64,000 nt of DNA, from NCBI GenBank assembly GCA_951406725.2, contig OX597814.1:109864001-109928000 (forward strand), in the 5' to 3' direction. Under the pieces are notes generated by a model. That model was not told where the DNA came from. It ran no database searches and worked only from the letters and a program-made list of their open reading frames with translations. Shown here one piece after another: positions 60,949 through 64,000 of the stretch (position 1 is the stretch's first letter; the number at the start of each line of letters is the position of its first letter). A program made the position numbers and the translations under genes. The stretch comes from Octopus vulgaris. Its lineage: Eukaryota.

Positions 60949-62647
60949 TTGGGTCATCCCATAAATAAAGCGTTTTTTTTATACTTCTTTTATTTTTTGA
61001 AATTAAGATAAACAAAGTTCTTTTTAATCTAAAATACACTCTCTTTTACTTTTTTACTTGTTTCAGCCATTTGGCTGTGGCCATGCTGGAGCACTACCTT
61101 TAGTCAAGCAAATCGACCCCAGGACTTATTCTTTATAAGCCTAGTTCTTATTCTATCGGTCTCTCTTTTGCTGAACCGCTAAGTTATGGGGACGTAAACA
61201 CACCAGCACCGGTTGTCAAGCGATATTGGGAGGACAAACACAGACACACACATATGCATATATATACATATACATACATATGGCGGGCTTCTTTCAGTTT
61301 CCATCTACCAAATCCACTTACAAGTCTTTGGTCGGCCTGAGGCTATAGTAGAAGACACATGCCCAAGGTGCCACGCAGTGGGACTGAACCCGGAACCATG
61401 TGATTCGTAAGCAAGCTACTTACCACACAGCTACTCCTATGCCTATTTTCTTCTTCATTTTCTACAATGCTCTTCCATCTATCTAGCAGACTTGCAAAGC
61501 CCCTCTTCCAAAATTCGATTGTCTGTGACGAAAAATACTCCTCCAGTACTATTCTGACTTTGTCTACAGAATTCATATTTTTTTCCATCCAAATTATTTT
61601 GACGACTATGGAATAAATGATTATCAGATGGGACAATGTCCAGTAAATATGGTAGGAGGGGCATTGTTTTCCATTCAAACTGCTCCAGCCTTTGGAATGT
61701 CATCCTCACTGTATGTGGTCGACCATTATCCTGATGGAAGAACAATTTCATCATGAAACCAAAGATAGTAATTTTTCTTCTAGTGCTGACTCAAGCCACT
61801 CAAGTTGCTCACAGTAGCTCTCCTTTGTTATCATTTGGTTTGGGTTTAAAAGTTCAAAATGAAATAAACCATTCATATCCCACCAAACAGATAACAACAC
61901 CTTATGTGGGTGTGAAGACCTTCTTTAGCCTGGGGTGCCAGTGTTTCTCCTTTCCCTACCCACTGTCTACAGCACTTGACATTTTTATAGAGAACCCATT
62001 TCTCGTCACCAGTCACTATTCGCTCCAAAAAGGTTCATTCATGAGACATGACATCAAAGAAGAGCACACATTCACTCTCTGCACACGGTTAGACTCAGAA
62101 AGTTTGTGAGGAACCCATTGACCCAATTTGTTGACTTTTCTGATGGTATGCAGGTGTCGATAAATGGTTGAATGATCAAATCCAAGCTTCTCTGCTAGTT
62201 CGTTAACACTTTTGATGGAATTTTGTTCCACCAGAGTTTCCAGGACATCCTCATTGAGCTCTACAGATCTTCCAGGATGAGGCTCGTATTCTAGGCTGTA
62301 GTTTCCAGCTTGGAATTTCTGGAATCACCCTTCACACTGGCTTATGCTTATCGTTTCATCCCCATATACTGCACTAATATTCCTTGCACTTTCTTTTGCA
62401 TTGTTGCCTTTATTGAACTCATAAAGCAAAATATGCCAAATATGCTCTTTTGTCACTTCTATTATATCTTTGAAAAAATGACTGTTAAAATCAAACTGCA
62501 CTCTTCAGAACTTGCACTAAGAATAAGTACAAAGTAAAATTACTACCTGCTTTTATAGTAAGGTGATGCAGATAGTTTATCCTGTCCCCCTCCAACTTTT
62601 AGTTCATGCAATTGAAAAAAAAACACATTATTTATGGGATGACCCAA
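60949..62647 (-). mobile_element. Degraded full-length mariner (DD34D) transposon with a SINE insertion
   Basis: TIR TTGGGTCATCCCATAAATAA at both ends with TA TSD. WVPHKL, DEKW, HQDNGRPH and PY..DIVPSDNHLF motifs. Frameshifted. Confidence 0.93.
61050..61443 (-). mobile_element. SINE family B nested in the mariner
   Basis: Reverse complement of 28482-28893. Confidence 0.85.
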
Positions 62648-63387
62648 TATTTACAAATTGATGCAGATATGGAAGGCTAGCTCTTCAGATCATAGGAGAA
62701 CATCATACTTACACCAATGCTTTAACTCTGCATATATACACAAAATTTTTCTTTATATATGTAATGTATCGAAGACCAATACTTGATAGAATTAGATTGG
62801 TATGGTCATTGAAGAATAAATATATTCACCTCTCATACTTCCTAACTTTTTATGGTTTATATATATATATGAAAATAAAAAGGAATTAATGTGTATGTGG
62901 TAGCTCTAAAGAAGATAAAGAAGCTGGTTGGTTCTATACTTTTTCAATTGATCAACAATGGATCGATTGACAAATGTGATTATTACACTGGGGAATTATA
63001 CCTTTCCAAATTTTATTGGAAACATATGTAAGCTAACTGGCATAAATGCATGAAAATCCATTATCTGTATGCATATTACACACATTAAGAAAAAGGAGGC
63101 AGTCAGAATTTTGGATAATTCTGACTGCCTCTTTTTTCTTAATATACAATATCTGTACACCACTTCAGACACTCCATACATACATACATAAAGACAGACA
63201 GACATACAGACATACCTACAGACAGACAGACAGACAAGAAAATATATTAAACCACGGTTTACTATTTAAATTACCAACTACAGTTAACTTTATAGCAAGG
63301 CCTATACATAGTGAGGTAATACACCAGTAGGGCCTACGGATACATTTATCCCTTAGACAGTTGCATAACCACTGACTCATGATTTTG

Positions 63388-63419
<32 letters not shown>

Positions 63420-63503
63420 ATAATAATAATAAGGAATATGATTCTAAACTTACAAGGAAAAATTCAATTTAGTAATACTAAATCAAATTTCATAATATAT
63501 AAT

Positions 63504-63763
63504 ACATGTATATAAATTAGAGAACCACCATATATTACAATTCAACAATGATATACTTAAATCATACCATACAGACAAAAATTAAAGATACGAAACATGT
63601 GTAGTCTATTTACTAATCATATACTATTTATTTATTATTTCGTACTTTATTTAGTTCTAGGTAAATGTTTTATTGTATCTTTAATTTTTTTCTATATGGT
63701 ATAATTTAAGTATATCATTGTTGAATTGCTACATGGTGGTTCTTCTCTAATTTATATACATGT
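63504..63763. repeat. ~88-bp-arm inverted duplication with a hammerhead 3' half at the junction
   Basis: 63504-63591 is the reverse complement of 63675-63763. GAAAC-ATGT-GTA-GTC at 63592-63606. Confidence 0.7.
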
Positions 63764-64000
63764 TCTTCTCTAATTTATATACATGTATATATATATATAT
63801 ATAATATAATATAAATGGACATGGGCAATCATTGTATTCTTTCTTGTCTTGAGGTTCAGAGCCAAACGGCTGGGTGGATTCACGTGAAAAATGGCACACA
63901 TGTGGAGATGGGTGTATAGATTGGAATGCAGTTTGTAACCCCCATACTTACCGAGAAAATCGATTAAGACATTTTCTAATGGAATTCCCCTCTTTCTTCT

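Overview
AT-rich, microsatellite-dense eukaryotic DNA made almost entirely of transposable elements. The repeat landscape resembles a coleoid cephalopod (Octopus-like); this is an inference. No host protein-coding exon, rRNA, true tRNA or CRISPR array is supported. The window contains an intact Neptune-type Penelope-like element (PLE; 765 aa, RT + GIY-YIG, 52870-55167) and two other degraded PLEs. It also holds RTE, R4/Dong-like and CR1-group LINE copies, a Gypsy gag-pro relic, a mariner, Tigger-like and Helitron-like non-autonomous elements, and three tRNA-derived SINE families. Best lead: the C-terminal GIY-YIG region of a degraded Hydra-clade-like PLE (48040-48480, minus strand) has three in-frame stops, all TGA, and two sit exactly on conserved Cys positions (CxxC and CxH). 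This suggests a selenocysteine-encoding retroelement outside the known Naiad cases, but no canonical SECIS was found by eye. Also notable: about ten minimal type I hammerhead ribozyme motifs (several with a U3:A8 compensatory core), an SVA-like composite retroposon (two copies), and a structured ~260 bp fold-back element family with 11-12 bp TSDs. Repeat boundaries were read by eye and are approximate unless a TSD or TIR is quoted.
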